A stretch of DNA of 48,397 nucleotides from Deltaproteobacteria bacterium (GCA_028821115.1 JAPPHF010000013.1:1-48397); one strand, 5' to 3'; shown: positions 1 to 14,288, counted from the stretch's first letter. The notes: generated by a model from the letters alone, not told the origin. Made by a program: numbers and translations.

Positions 1-2
1 GC

Positions 3-428
3 CACCGCGGCGGCCTCGGCTTCGTCCGCGAATACCGCATCCTCCAGGACGAAGTCCGCTTCTCCATGCGCACCGACAAACACGCCCTCGCCCCCCAGGG
101 CATCGACGGCGGCCGCCCGGGCGGCACCGGGGGCTGCATCATCAACCCCGGCAGAGAGGACGAGCGCAGCATGCCTTCGCGGTTCGGCGACCAGCGGCTG
201 AAGACCGGCGACGTGCTGCGGGTGGAGAGGCCGGGCGGCGGCGGCGTGGGAGCGGCCTTTGAGCGAAATCTGGAGGCGGTGCTGGACGATGTGCGGCAGG
301 GGTACGTGTCGGTGGAGAGGGCGCGGAGTGACTACGGGGCGGTATTAGGCGGCCAAGAGGACGAGGTCGTCCTGGATCGGGCCGCGACCCGGGCACTGCG
401 TGGCAAACAAGGTGACGGTGCCTGTTGA
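3..428 (+). CDS. Hydantoinase B/oxoprolinase family protein, C-terminal part (5' truncated by window edge)
   Basis: Frame is open from base 3: HRGGLGFVREY...GIDGGRPG...GDVLRVERPGGGGVG...VLDDVRQGYVSVERARSDYG, typical HyuB C-terminus. Confidence 0.85.
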   Translation, partial: HRGGLGFVREYRILQDEVRFSMRTDKHALAPQGIDGGRPGGTGGCIINPGREDERSMPSRFGDQRLKTGDVLRVERPGGGGVGAAFERNLEAVLDDVRQGYVSVERARSDYGAVLGGQEDEVVLDRAATRALRGKQGDGAC

Positions 429-450
429 TCCGGCACCGCGTAGCGACATG

Positions 451-828
451 TCATGCAGTCGGTTTCTTGACCTTGGCGATCTGTCTCATTGCCAAGGCAG
501 CCACGGCCAGCCTGCGGACATCTTTCCAACAATCATAGGATTGCAAAGCTTCGATCGTCCAATTTCCGGAATTTGCTTCGCCGCTCATTTGGTCAAGTTT
601 ACGGTCCAAAGACTGGAGTGCTAGTAGTTCGTCTTGTGTCAACTGGTTCCGTGACTCCGCGTCGGTAACGACCCAGCAATTGTCGTTGTAGTCGAGCGCC
701 AGCTCATCGACCGCTCGGCAATCACCTGCCGCCTCAAGTATCGCAAGCTGTTCACTGGCGGGAAGTGCAAGGTTGAGGACTGCATCCCACAGGGTCGCAA
801 GTTGTTCCTTCGATGTCGACTTGGGCAT
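451..828 (-). CDS. Hypothetical protein, predicted helical; possible immunity-type protein
   Basis: 125-aa ORF with ATG start in a lower-GC segment; DELALDY...LD.MSG...WT..AL...W..VR pattern; function not identified. Confidence 0.6.
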   Translation of the reverse strand: MPKSTSKEQLATLWDAVLNLALPASEQLAILEAAGDCRAVDELALDYNDNCWVVTDAESRNQLTQDELLALQSLDRKLDQMSGEANSGNWTIEALQSYDCWKDVRRLAVAALAMRQIAKVKKPTA

Positions 829-960
829 CGCGTCAATCTCTGTCAGATCTTGATGTGATCACGACGCGGGCGTCCCGAGAAATGATTACATAAATCTGTT
901 CGTCCACACCCTTGATCCACCTGAACCTACCCATAGTGCACTGCTGTTCCGCACACCACT

Positions 961-1506
961 TCACTGATGGCGCGCGCCTTCGACACCGGCAATGACATTG
1001 GCGTCTACAATGTGGTGGAATGCTCGCCTCCACCACCCTCCATGTATATCTATGCCGAGCTCGTCTGCTTGGTACTGAATAGGATTGCCCTGTTCATTGG
1101 TATCCCACCGAACGCGAATGCGATGTGCGCATTCGTACGGATCATCCGGAACGTGGTGGGAAAAATAGTACTCTGAAGTCGTGCTTCCAATTGCCAATTC
1201 CCCTGGGTTGTTGCTGTTTGGCATTAACACCGTGCTGCCAATCGGAATAAGACTAAAGCCGTGCAAGTATCCAGCTACGTGCCGAGGGATATCCTGCCAG
1301 TTGTAACAGTCAGCTACAGCCTCTGCCCCATCGTCCATCAGGTTTCCTACACCCGGCCAGCCTATGCGCACGAAGCTGTCCGCCAAGCATTTGCTGTAAT
1401 AGCTGAAGAAGGTTTGCGGATATTCGGGAGGCTCCCCTGGAACGAAGCAGTTTTCTACATTAGGATTGTTGTGGGCCGTGTGTCCGTTTACTCTGATGAA
1501 ATACAC
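961..1506 (-). CDS. Hypothetical protein resembling the N-terminal domain of Mrr-associated (COG4127-like) restriction proteins
   Basis: GAGG upstream; MYFIRV...VRIGWPGVGNL...IPIGSTVLMP...AIG...EYYF...HRIRVRW pattern; no nuclease domain follows. Confidence 0.55.
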   Translation of the reverse strand: MYFIRVNGHTAHNNPNVENCFVPGEPPEYPQTFFSYYSKCLADSFVRIGWPGVGNLMDDGAEAVADCYNWQDIPRHVAGYLHGFSLIPIGSTVLMPNSNNPGELAIGSTTSEYYFSHHVPDDPYECAHRIRVRWDTNEQGNPIQYQADELGIDIHGGWWRRAFHHIVDANVIAGVEGARHQ

Positions 1507-1521
1507 TTGTCGTTCCTCGGG

Positions 1522-2949
1522 TCACCGCCGGCTCACCGCCTCAAACAAATGCAACTGCGGCGTCTTCCCGTTGTCGTCCGCTAGCACGGGGTAGTTGGCG
1601 GTGAAGCAGGCGTCGCAGTAGCCGGTGGTGTCGCCCTTGAAGAAGGTGTAGAGGCCTTCGCGGCTGAGGTAGGCGAGGGAGTCGGCGCCGATGAAGGCGC
1701 GGATGCCCTCGACGGAGTGGACGGAGGCGATGAGCTCCTTGTGGGTGGGGGTATCGATGCCGTAGTAGCAGGGGCTGATGGTGGGGGGTGAGCTGATGCG
1801 CACGTGGACCTCGGCGGCCCCGGCTTCGCGCAGCATGCGGATGATCTTCTGGCTGGTGGTGCCGCGGACGATGGAGTCGTCCACCACCACCACGCGCTTG
1901 CCCTGGAGCACCTCGCGCATGGCGTTGAGCTTGATCTTGACGCCGAAGTTGCGGATGTGCTGCTGCGGCTCGATGAACGTGCGGCCGACGTAATGGTTGC
2001 GGATCAGGGCGAGGTCGAGCGGGATGCCGGACTGCTCGGCATAGCCGATCGCAGCGGGGACGCCGGAATCGGGTACCGGAGTCACCAGATCGGCGTCCAC
2101 GTGGCTTTCCCGGGCAAGCTGGCGGCCCAGCTCCTTTCGGTACTGGTAGACGCTGTGGCCGAAGACGTTGCTGTCGGGCCGGGAAAAGTAGATGGACTCG
2201 AAGATGCACCGGGCGGGCGACGTCTCCGGAAAAGGCTTGAGGGACTCCATGCCGCCGGGGCCGACGACCAGCACCTCTCCGGGTTCCACCTCGCGAACGT
2301 ACTCGGCTTCGATGAGGTCGAGCACGCAGGTTTCCGATGCCACCACGTAGGAGTCCGACTTGTCGGCTCGCGGGAAACGGCCCAGGATCAACGGCCGGAA
2401 GCCCACGGGGTCGCGGGCGGCGATCATGGTGTCGGCGGTCAGGAACACCAACGAGTAGGAGCCTTTGACCTGACGGAGTGCGTCGATCACCCGGGCGGTC
2501 AGGGTGGTCTCCCTCGAGGTGGCGATGAGGTGGATGATCACCTCGGTGTCGGAGGTGGACTGGAAGATGGAGCCGGACTCCTCAAGCTGCTCCCGGAGTT
2601 GGTTGGCGTTGATCAGGTTGCCGTTGTGGGACACGGCGATGGGTCCGTTAGCGTACTCCACCACGAACGGCTGGGCGTTCTTGATGTCGGTGTGCCCGGC
2701 GGTGGAATAGCGGTTGTGGCCAATGGCCGAGGTACCCTGCAGGTTCTTGATGATATCTTCGTTGAAGACATCGGCCACCAGCCCCATCTGGCGGTGGGAG
2801 ATGAGGGCGCCGCCGTCGGATGACACGATACCCGAGGACTCCTGGCCGCGGTGCTGCAGCGCATAGAGCCCCAGGTACACCATGTTGGCGGCTTCGGGGT
2901 GGCCATGGACTCCGACCACCGCGCATTCTTCATGGAACTTGTCGAACAT
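1522..2949 (-). CDS. purF: Amidophosphoribosyltransferase
   Basis: Propeptide then C-AVVG; LQHRGQES, GHNRYSTAG, PRPP motif VVVVDDSIVRGTT, Fe-S cysteines. Confidence 0.98.
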   Translation of the reverse strand: MFDKFHEECAVVGVHGHPEAANMVYLGLYALQHRGQESSGIVSSDGGALISHRQMGLVADVFNEDIIKNLQGTSAIGHNRYSTAGHTDIKNAQPFVVEYANGPIAVSHNGNLINANQLREQLEESGSIFQSTSDTEVIIHLIATSRETTLTARVIDALRQVKGSYSLVFLTADTMIAARDPVGFRPLILGRFPRADKSDSYVVASETCVLDLIEAEYVREVEPGEVLVVGPGGMESLKPFPETSPARCIFESIYFSRPDSNVFGHSVYQYRKELGRQLARESHVDADLVTPVPDSGVPAAIGYAEQSGIPLDLALIRNHYVGRTFIEPQQHIRNFGVKIKLNAMREVLQGKRVVVVDDSIVRGTTSQKIIRMLREAGAAEVHVRISSPPTISPCYYGIDTPTHKELIASVHSVEGIRAFIGADSLAYLSREGLYTFFKGDTTGYCDACFTANYPVLADDNGKTPQLHLFEAVSRR

Positions 2950-2976
2950 GACGTCCCTGTCCCAAGCAAGGCGTTA

Positions 2977-2991
2977 GAAACCCGCCCCTAC
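2977..2991. repeat. Partial GTAG-type REP (half palindrome)
   Basis: gaaacccgcccctac, matching the right arm of the full copies at 10419, 14322, 19937 and 25041. Confidence 0.6.
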
Positions 2992-3033
2992 GACCTGTTT
3001 GGCCTGCCAAACGCTACTCCATCCGTATAAGTT

Positions 3034-5303
<2,270 letters not shown>

Positions 5304-5307
<4 letters not shown>

Positions 5308-6008
5308 GAGCCGCTCCCGCGCCGGATCTCGTCGACCATGGACGAGAAGATCTTGAGGCCGCTCTCTCCCCCGAGCACGGCTTCGGTGGCGTCCTCGGGA
5401 TGCGGCATGAGGCCGAACACGTTGCGCGCGCGGTTGCAGATGCCGGCGATGCCGTCCGCCGAGCCGTTGGGGTTGGCCTCTTCGGACACCTCGCCCGCCG
5501 CGTCCGCGTAGCGCAGCAGCACCTGTCCGTTGTCGTCGAGCTGTTTCAGGGTGGCGGGATTGGCGTAGTAGCGGCCTTCGCCGTGCTTCACTGGCATCTC
5601 CAGCAATTCGCCGGGCTCGGCCAGACGCGTGAACGGGGAGCGGTTGTCCTCGACCCGCAGATACACCCGCCGGCACACGAAACGTAGCGAGGCATTACGG
5701 GTCAGAGCCCCAGGCAGCAGCCCCGATTCGCAGAGGATCTGGAAACCGTTGCAGATGCCGAGCACCAGCCCGCCCGACCCGGCGAAGTCGACGATGCCCT
5801 GCATGACCGGCGAGAAGCGGGCCATGGCGCCGGCCCGCAGGTAGTCGCCGTAGGAGAAGCCGCCGGGCAGCACCACGCCGTCGCAGCCGCCGGGGAACGG
5901 GTCCTTGTGCCAGAGGGTGCGGACATCCTGCCCGAGCACGTTGCGCAGGCAGTGGAGGACGTCGTCGTCGTCGCAGGAACCGGGAAAAACGGCCACTCCC
6001 CAACGCAT
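5304..6008 (-). CDS. purQ: FGAM synthase glutaminase subunit PurQ
   Basis: [27 protein letters not shown] catalytic triad motifs. Confidence 0.97.
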
Positions 6009-6011
6009 GCT

Positions 6012-6195
6012 TAGTGTCCTGTCTGGTCCATTCGCACGACAATCTGCTGGTCTTTTTCGCCGTCGGCTGCGTTGCTCTTCCTCGCGTGGTACCCGCCCTG
6101 GGGCGACCTACGGTCGCCCCCACTCGTCATCGCGCCTTGCCGACAACGAAAAATCCTGCGCATCTTGCCGCGCGAATGGACCAGACAGGACACTA
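6012..6195. mobile_element. MITE, ~180 bp, flanked by TA; IS630/Tc1-mariner-like ends
   Basis: Perfect 24-nt inverted ends tagtgtcctgtctggtccattcgc / gcgaatggaccagacaggacacta; imperfect pairing extends inward; internal hairpin ggggcgac-ctacg-gtcgcccc; no transposase. Confidence 0.85.
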
Positions 6196-6444
6196 TTCCG
6201 CGGGTTCCAGGATCTCGAAGCGGTAGTCTTCGATGACGGGGTTGGCGAGGAGCTTGTCGCACATGCGCCGAGCCTGCTGCTCCGCGTCCTCGGCCGCAGA
6301 CACGTCCATGTGAAGCTCCAGGTATTTGCCGACGCGGACGTCTTGCACCGCGCCGAAGCCGAGGCTGTGGAGGGAGTTCTGGACCGCCTTGCCCTGGGGG
6401 TCCAGGACTCCCTCCTTGAGGGTCACGAAGACTTTGACGAGCAA
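6193..6444 (-). CDS. purS: FGAM synthase subunit PurS
   Basis: VTLKEGVLDPQGKAV...VRVGKYLEL...LLANPVIEDY. Confidence 0.96.
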   Translation of the reverse strand: MLVKVFVTLKEGVLDPQGKAVQNSLHSLGFGAVQDVRVGKYLELHMDVSAAEDAEQQARRMCDKLLANPVIEDYRFEILEPAE

Positions 6445-6453
6445 GGTGCGGTC

Positions 6454-7161
6454 CTAGCCGCCGGTGACCCGGCGGCAGACCTCCTGGTAGGCGTCCTCGA
6501 CGCCGCCCAGGTCGCGGCGGAAGCGGTCCTTGTCCATCTTCTCGAGGGAGCCCTTCTGCCAGAAGCGACAGGTGTCGGGGCAGATCTCGTCGGCGAGGAC
6601 GACCTGGCCGTCGCGCTTCCCGAACTCGAGCTTGAAGTCCACCAGGATCAGGTCCCGCTCGTCGAAGAACGCCGTCATCAGATCATTGATGCGGAAGGTG
6701 AGACGCTTGATCTCCGCCAGCTCCTCGGCGGTGGCATAGCCCAGCGCCAGGATGTGGTAGTCATTGATGATCGGGTCATCGAGCTCGTCGCACTTGTAGC
6801 AGAACTCCAAGATGGTGGTGGACAACGACTGCCCCTCCTCCAGCCCGAGCCGCTTGGCCATGCTGCCGGCGACGATGTTCCGGATAATGACCTCGATGGG
6901 AAGCATGTCCAGCTTCCACACCAGCATCTCCCGCTCGTCCAGGCGCTCCAGGAAGTGCGTCGGCACGCCGTTGTCTTCCAGGTGCTTGAACAGCACCTCG
7001 GAGATGGCGTTGTTGACGATCCCCTTGGAGGTGACGGTGCCGAGCTTCTTCTTGTTGAAGGCGCTGGCGTCGTCCTTGAAATACTGGATCATCTTGGCGG
7101 GGTCGTCGGTGGCGTAGAGCTTCTTCGCCTTGCCCTCGTACATGAACTCGCGCTTTTCCAT
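6454..7161 (-). CDS. purC: SAICAR synthase
   Basis: MEKREFMYEGKAKKLY...LVDFKLEFG...ADEICPDTCRFW...DKDRFRRDLG; AGGAG upstream of ATG 7161. Confidence 0.97.
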   Translation of the reverse strand: MEKREFMYEGKAKKLYATDDPAKMIQYFKDDASAFNKKKLGTVTSKGIVNNAISEVLFKHLEDNGVPTHFLERLDEREMLVWKLDMLPIEVIIRNIVAGSMAKRLGLEEGQSLSTTILEFCYKCDELDDPIINDYHILALGYATAEELAEIKRLTFRINDLMTAFFDERDLILVDFKLEFGKRDGQVVLADEICPDTCRFWQKGSLEKMDKDRFRRDLGGVEDAYQEVCRRVTGG

Positions 7162-7219
7162 GGCTCTCCTCGTGCGCCCCTTGGGCGCGTGTTGAATCCC
7201 GTCCGGCGCAGCCGCCGCT

Positions 7220-8518
7220 TCACGCTTCGCCGAACACACGGTCAAAGATCGCGTCCACGTGCCTGAAGCAATCCTTGAGGTCCCAGATTTCATCGATCTC
7301 GCCGGCGGTCAGGCTCTCCATCACCGTCGGGTCTTCGAGCAATTGCTGCTTGAGGTCCTTTCCCTCCTTGGCGGCCACGAGACCGTGGCGCTGGACGATC
7401 TTGTAGGCATCGTCGCGGGAAATGCCCTTCTCCACCAGCCGCAGGAGGACGCCCTGCGAGAACACCGCGCCGCCGCTCAGCGCGAGGTTGCGCTCCATGT
7501 TCTCGGGATAGACGCACAGGTTCCGGATCACGTGGGTCACCCGGTACAGCATGAAGTCCAGCAGGATGGTGGCGTCCGGGCCGATGACCCGTTCCACCGA
7601 GGAGTGGCTGATGTCGCGCTCGTGCCAGAGGGCGACGTTCTCCAGCGCCGAGACGGAATACGACCGCACCAGCCTGGCTAGCCCGCAGACGTTCTCGGTC
7701 AGGATCGGGTTGCGCTTGTGGGGCATGGCCGACGAGCCCATCTGCGTCGCCGCGAACGGCTCCTCGGCTTCCAGCACCTCGGTGCGCTGAAGGTGGCGGA
7801 TCTCCACCGCGAACTTCTCGATGGAGCTGGCCAGCACCGCCAGGACGCTGAAGAAGTAGGCGTGACGGTCGCGCTGGATGATCTGGTTCGACACCGGATC
7901 GGGGGTGATGCCCGCGGCCTTGCACACGTAGGCTTCCACTTCCGGGGGGACCTGCGCGTAGGTGCCCACCGCGCCGGAGATGATGCCGCAACTGATCTCG
8001 CCGGCGGCGCCCTCCAGACGCGCCAGGTTCCGGCGCATCTCCTCGTGCCACAGGGCCATCTTGAGGCCGAAGGTGATGGGCTCGGCGTGGATGCCGTGGG
8101 TGCGGCCCATCATCGGCGTGTCCTTGTAGCGGAACGCCTGCTCACGCAACGCCGACAACAACTCGCGCACGTCCTCTACCAGGAGCGCGCTGGCGTCCTT
8201 GAGCTGCAGCGAGAACCCCGTGTCCATGACGTCGGACGAGGTCATGCCGACGTGCACGAAGCGGGCGTCGTCGCCGATAGACTCGGCCAGGCAGCGCAGG
8301 AACGCGATCACCTCGTGATGGACCTCGCGCTCGATCTCTCGGATACGGGCTACGTCGATGCGAGCGTTCTCACGGATACGCGCCGGCGCGTCCACGGGTA
8401 CCTTGCCCATGCCGGCCAGCGCTTCCGTGGCCAGGATCTCGATCTCCAGCCACTTGGCGAAGCGGTTCTCCTCCGACCATATCCGCGCCATCGCGGGCCG
8501 TGTGTAGCGTTCTATCAT
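7220..8518 (-). CDS. purB: Adenylosuccinate lyase
   Basis: MIERYT, GRTHGIHAEP, SSAMPHKRNP signature. Confidence 0.98.
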   Translation of the reverse strand: MIERYTRPAMARIWSEENRFAKWLEIEILATEALAGMGKVPVDAPARIRENARIDVARIREIEREVHHEVIAFLRCLAESIGDDARFVHVGMTSSDVMDTGFSLQLKDASALLVEDVRELLSALREQAFRYKDTPMMGRTHGIHAEPITFGLKMALWHEEMRRNLARLEGAAGEISCGIISGAVGTYAQVPPEVEAYVCKAAGITPDPVSNQIIQRDRHAYFFSVLAVLASSIEKFAVEIRHLQRTEVLEAEEPFAATQMGSSAMPHKRNPILTENVCGLARLVRSYSVSALENVALWHERDISHSSVERVIGPDATILLDFMLYRVTHVIRNLCVYPENMERNLALSGGAVFSQGVLLRLVEKGISRDDAYKIVQRHGLVAAKEGKDLKQQLLEDPTVMESLTAGEIDEIWDLKDCFRHVDAIFDRVFGEA

Positions 8519-8519
8519 C

Positions 8520-9104
8520 CTACTTCGATGTGTGACCGAAGCCTCCGGCGTCGCGCGCGGATGCCGGAAGCTCGTCCACTTCTTCCCAGCGCACCCGGGC
8601 GACGCGCTGGACGACCATTTGGGCGATCCGGTCGCCGCGACGGATGGTCACGGGCTCGGACCCCAGGTTGATCATAGCCAGTTGAACCTCGCCCCGGTAG
8701 TCCGAATCGATGGTGCCGGGGCTGTTCACCAAGGTTACGCCTTGTTTGAACGCCAAGCCGCTCCGCGGACGGATCTGGGCCTCGAAACCCGCGGGCAGTG
8801 CCAGGGCGAAGCCCGCCGGTATGAGCACCCGTTCCAGCGGCGCCAGCACGATGTCATCCCCGATCGCCGCGGCGACATCCAGGCCCGCCGAGCCCTCGGT
8901 CATGTACCGGGGCAACGGAACCGCCGGCTCGCCGTGCCGAACCCGCTTGATCGCGACCTTGACTTCGGCGGTGAACTCCGGCGTCGTTTTCGCGCCCAAG
9001 CGGCTCTCCTCCGCGGGTACCGACACGGGCGGGTTGAAGTCCGCCCTATAGTTGTTCGAATCGATCAGCGGATCCGGCAAGCTGCCGGAAGTCTGTTCGA
9101 GCAA
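8520..9104 (-). CDS. dut: dUTP diphosphatase (start codon uncertain)
   Basis: [38 protein letters not shown] motifs. Confidence 0.93.
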   Translation of the reverse strand: MLEQTSGSLPDPLIDSNNYRADFNPPVSVPAEESRLGAKTTPEFTAEVKVAIKRVRHGEPAVPLPRYMTEGSAGLDVAAAIGDDIVLAPLERVLIPAGFALALPAGFEAQIRPRSGLAFKQGVTLVNSPGTIDSDYRGEVQLAMINLGSEPVTIRRGDRIAQMVVQRVARVRWEEVDELPASARDAGGFGHTSK

Positions 9105-10400
9105 TCAGGAATCGATTGCGGATGCAGCCACCGAGGGCTGCACGGGATTGCCAAACGGTAGCCCTTCGACGCTGTGCCCGTCAAGGTCGCCCAGCACGGT
9201 GGCGGTCAGGGATCCGGCGACGAAACACTCGCGGGCCAGGGCCTCGACGGCGTCGAGGGACACGGCGCGGACGCCCTCGGCGATCTCGTCCAGCGATATC
9301 TGCCTGCCGTGGTGCATCTCGCACCGGGTCATGTGACTCATCCACGAGTCCGCGGACTCGAGACCCAGCAGGGTATTGCCGATGAGCTGATTCCGCGCCC
9401 GCGCAAGCTCCGCCTCGGTCACATCCCCCTTCGCCACCTTGAACATCTCCTCCAGGGCCAAGTCGATGACCTCCCGGGTCCATTCCGCCTTGGTGCCGAC
9501 GTAGACGCCGAGGTAGCCCACATCACAGTACGAGGACAGAAAGGAATAGACCGAGTAGGCCTTGCCGCGCCGCTCGCGGATCTCCTGGAAGAGGCGCGAG
9601 CTCATGCCGCCGCCCAGCAGCGTGTTGAGCACGTGCGCGACGTAGCTCCGAGGATCGCCGTGAGGCAGTCCCGGCGCCCCGAGACAGATGTGCACCTGCC
9701 CCAGCTCCCTGGGATGCTGGAACAGGCCGTGGCCGATGTCGGGAGGAACGTCCGCGCCCTCCAAAGAGCCGGAAGGAAGCGCGCCAAACTCGCCGGCCGC
9801 CGCGTCCACCAACTCGGCATGCGAGAGGTTGCCGGCGCCGGCGATGATCACCCGGCCCGGGAGATACCTCTCCGCCATGAAGCCGACCAAGTCGGCGCGG
9901 GTGAAACCGTCGACCGTTGCCGCTTCCCCGCTGATCGGCCGGCCCAGCGGGTGGTCCCCGAAATAGTCGCGGCTGAACAGGTCGTGGACGAAGTCCTCGG
10001 GGTTCTCGTCCGCGGAGGCGATCTCCTGGAGTATTACCGTCCGCTCCCGCTCGATCTCGTCGGGATCGAACACCGAGTTGAGAAAGATGTCCTTGAGGAC
10101 ATCCACCGCCAGCGGCAGGTGCTCGTCCACCACCTTGGCGTAGTAACAGGTGGTTTCCTTGCCGGTGAAGGCATTGATGAAACCGCCGACGGAATCCATC
10201 TCCTCGGCGATACCTTGCGCGCTACGCCGTTCTGTTCCCTTGAACAGCAGGTGTTCGACGAAGTGCGACAGTCCGCCCTGCCGGCGTTGCTCGTGACGGG
10301 AGCCGTTCTGCACCCAGACGCCGAGACTCACCGCCCGGGTCCCGGTATGCTGCTCCGTCAGAATCCTGATGCCGTTGTCCAGAACTGTCTTTTCGAACAT
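9105..10400 (-). CDS. M16 (pitrilysin/MPP-like) zinc peptidase
   Basis: Inverted zinc motif HFVEH; NAFT; GGGMSSRLFQEIRE; usual position downstream of pnp. Confidence 0.93.
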   Translation of the reverse strand: MFEKTVLDNGIRILTEQHTGTRAVSLGVWVQNGSRHEQRRQGGLSHFVEHLLFKGTERRSAQGIAEEMDSVGGFINAFTGKETTCYYAKVVDEHLPLAVDVLKDIFLNSVFDPDEIERERTVILQEIASADENPEDFVHDLFSRDYFGDHPLGRPISGEAATVDGFTRADLVGFMAERYLPGRVIIAGAGNLSHAELVDAAAGEFGALPSGSLEGADVPPDIGHGLFQHPRELGQVHICLGAPGLPHGDPRSYVAHVLNTLLGGGMSSRLFQEIRERRGKAYSVYSFLSSYCDVGYLGVYVGTKAEWTREVIDLALEEMFKVAKGDVTEAELARARNQLIGNTLLGLESADSWMSHMTRCEMHHGRQISLDEIAEGVRAVSLDAVEALARECFVAGSLTATVLGDLDGHSVEGLPFGNPVQPSVAASAIDS

Positions 10401-10418
10401 CGGAAAAGATTCGGAGAC

Positions 10419-10444
10419 GGGCGGGTTCTAAACCCGCCCCCTAC
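10419..10444. repeat. GTAG-type REP palindrome
   Basis: gggcgggtt-cta-aacccgccc-cctac; a degenerate partner lies at ~10461-10489. Confidence 0.8.
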
Positions 10445-10485
10445 AGGACTTGCCTGGATCGGGCGCAGGCGGGATCGAGCCCCCC

Positions 10486-12585
<2,100 letters not shown>

Positions 12586-12655
12586 ACAGGTATCCCCTCA
12601 AGGGTAGTGGGGGCTGAAGAGAAGAACGCGGGAAGGGACGCCAGCAGCGGGTATT

Positions 12656-12925
12656 CTAGCGGCGAATACCCAGGCGCTGGATCAAAGTCTGATACCTCTG
12701 AACATCCCTTTTCTTGAGATAATCCAGAAGCCGCCGCCTTTTTCCGACGAGCTTGAGCAGGCCCATCCGCGTGTGATGGTCCTTTTTGTGAGTTCTCAGA
12801 TGCTCTGTCAGGTAAGCGATGCGGTGGCTGTGAATTGCGACCTGCACCTCAGGCGAACCGGTGTCGGTGTCGTGGAGTCTGAATTTCTTGACCGTCTCGC
12901 TGGTCTGCTCCCGAGCTGATTCCAT
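12656..12925 (-). CDS. rpsO: 30S ribosomal protein S15
   Basis: [10 protein letters not shown]...[23 protein letters not shown]. Confidence 0.98.
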   Translation of the reverse strand: MESAREQTSETVKKFRLHDTDTGSPEVQVAIHSHRIAYLTEHLRTHKKDHHTRMGLLKLVGKRRRLLDYLKKRDVQRYQTLIQRLGIRR

Positions 12926-12966
12926 CTGACCCTTTTCTTTCTCCCTTTTTCTCGTATTTCACATGG

Positions 12967-12996
12967 TTTGTAGCATACGGGTCCCGCGCCTGTAAA
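12967..12996 (-). promoter_or_regulatory. Possible sigma70 promoter for rpsO-pnp
   Basis: Minus strand TTTACA-N18-TACAAA with an extended TG; pattern match only. Confidence 0.3.
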
Positions 12997-13005
12997 GCTG
13001 TCCGC

Positions 13006-13911
13006 TCAGGGGCGATCGTCGAAAACCCGCAGGAGCCGCCACGCCTCGGCGGCCTTCTCCCAGCCTATCAGCGCCACCAGGTGACCCTCCGGATCCACCA
13101 CCCGGCGGGTGGTCTCGGCGGCCGCGGGCTCCGCGACCTCCGCCAGGGCGCCCTGGATGCCGCGCCGGAGCCGATCCGCCGCCTCCGCCCCCAGGACGGC
13201 GCAATCCAGATGCGCCAGGGCGTCGTTCAACGGCACCAGGGGAACGGCATCGCCGTCCTCGAGCGCCTCGAGGTCGTCCAGGAGCGCGGCGTCGGCGATC
13301 CGGAACCCGCCGGACGCCACCCGACGGAGACGGCTCAGGTAGGCGCCGCACCCCAGGGTGCGGCCGATATCGGCCGCCAGGGTCCTCACATAGGTCCCCT
13401 TGGAGCACGTGAGCTCGAACTCCAACTCGGCGTGGCCCACCTGCTCCAGCCGGGTGATGTCGATCCGGACGGGGCGGGGCTCCCGTTCCACCTCCAGCCC
13501 CTTGCGCGCCAACTCGTAGAGCCGGGAACCGTCCTTCTTGAGCGCCGAATACATCGGCGGCACCTGTTGGAGCGAACCGCTGAACTCGCGGCGCAGGAAC
13601 TCCATCTCCGCCGGACCGAGGCGCGGTGGCTCGCGCCGAGAAAGGAAATTGCCGGTGCGGTCCTGGGTGTCGGTCTCGGCTCCCAGCGTAATCACGCCGC
13701 TGTAGCCCTTGTCCGCGTCCAGGAAATACTGCGCGATCTTGGTCCCCTCGTTGACAGCCAGCGGCAGGAGGCCGGAAGCGAACGGGTCCAGGGTGCCAAG
13801 GTGGCCGACCTTCCGCGCCCCGGTGATCCGCTTCGCGGCGGCGACGACCCGGGCCGAGGAAGGACCTTCCGGCTTGTCCACCAGCAGGATGCCGCTCCTG
13901 ACCAGTTTCAT
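13006..13911 (-). CDS. truB: tRNA pseudouridine(55) synthase
   Basis: KVGHLGTLDPFASG, PPMYSALK, CSKGTYVRTL. Confidence 0.97.
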   Translation of the reverse strand: MKLVRSGILLVDKPEGPSSARVVAAAKRITGARKVGHLGTLDPFASGLLPLAVNEGTKIAQYFLDADKGYSGVITLGAETDTQDRTGNFLSRREPPRLGPAEMEFLRREFSGSLQQVPPMYSALKKDGSRLYELARKGLEVEREPRPVRIDITRLEQVGHAELEFELTCSKGTYVRTLAADIGRTLGCGAYLSRLRRVASGGFRIADAALLDDLEALEDGDAVPLVPLNDALAHLDCAVLGAEAADRLRRGIQGALAEVAEPAAAETTRRVVDPEGHLVALIGWEKAAEAWRLLRVFDDRP

Positions 13912-13922
13912 GATCGCCCGCC

Positions 13923-14288
13923 CTACTCTTTCGGCGCCACGTCCTTGAGGATGTCGTCGATGCGCCGGGCCACGTCCGGCGCATCGTCGTAGACGAACTC
14001 CAAGGACGGGACGTAGCGGAGCTTGAGGTCGGCGGCGATACGGCCGCGGATGAAACCGGCGGCCCCGCGCAGGCCCGCGAGCGCCTCGTCCTTCGATGCA
14101 GCGCCGTCGCGCACCGTGAAGAAGATCCTGGCGTGCTTCAGATCGGGTCGGACGTCGACGCCGGTGAGCGTCACCCCCTGGACCCGTGAATCATCCAGCG
14201 TGTGCGCCAGCAGCCGCGAGACGAACTCGATCAGCAACTCGCCGACCCGCTGCGAGCGGGAGCTTTCCGTCTTTTTTCGATTCCTCAT
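13923..14288 (-). CDS. rbfA: Ribosome-binding factor A
   Basis: R..RVGE...DSRV..VTLT.V.V.PDLKHARIF...LRYVPSLEFVYD; lies between DUF503 and truB. Confidence 0.93.
   Translation of the reverse strand: MRNRKKTESSRSQRVGELLIEFVSRLLAHTLDDSRVQGVTLTGVDVRPDLKHARIFFTVRDGAASKDEALAGLRGAAGFIRGRIAADLKLRYVPSLEFVYDDAPDVARRIDDILKDVAPKE

Noticed and set aside
5308-5676. 880-aa PurL with a long N-terminal extension
   Set aside because: The extension overlaps purQ in another frame; the GTGA overlap at 5307 is the plausible start
6011-6262. Small ORFs across the purS-purQ gap
   Set aside because: They are translations of the palindromic MITE
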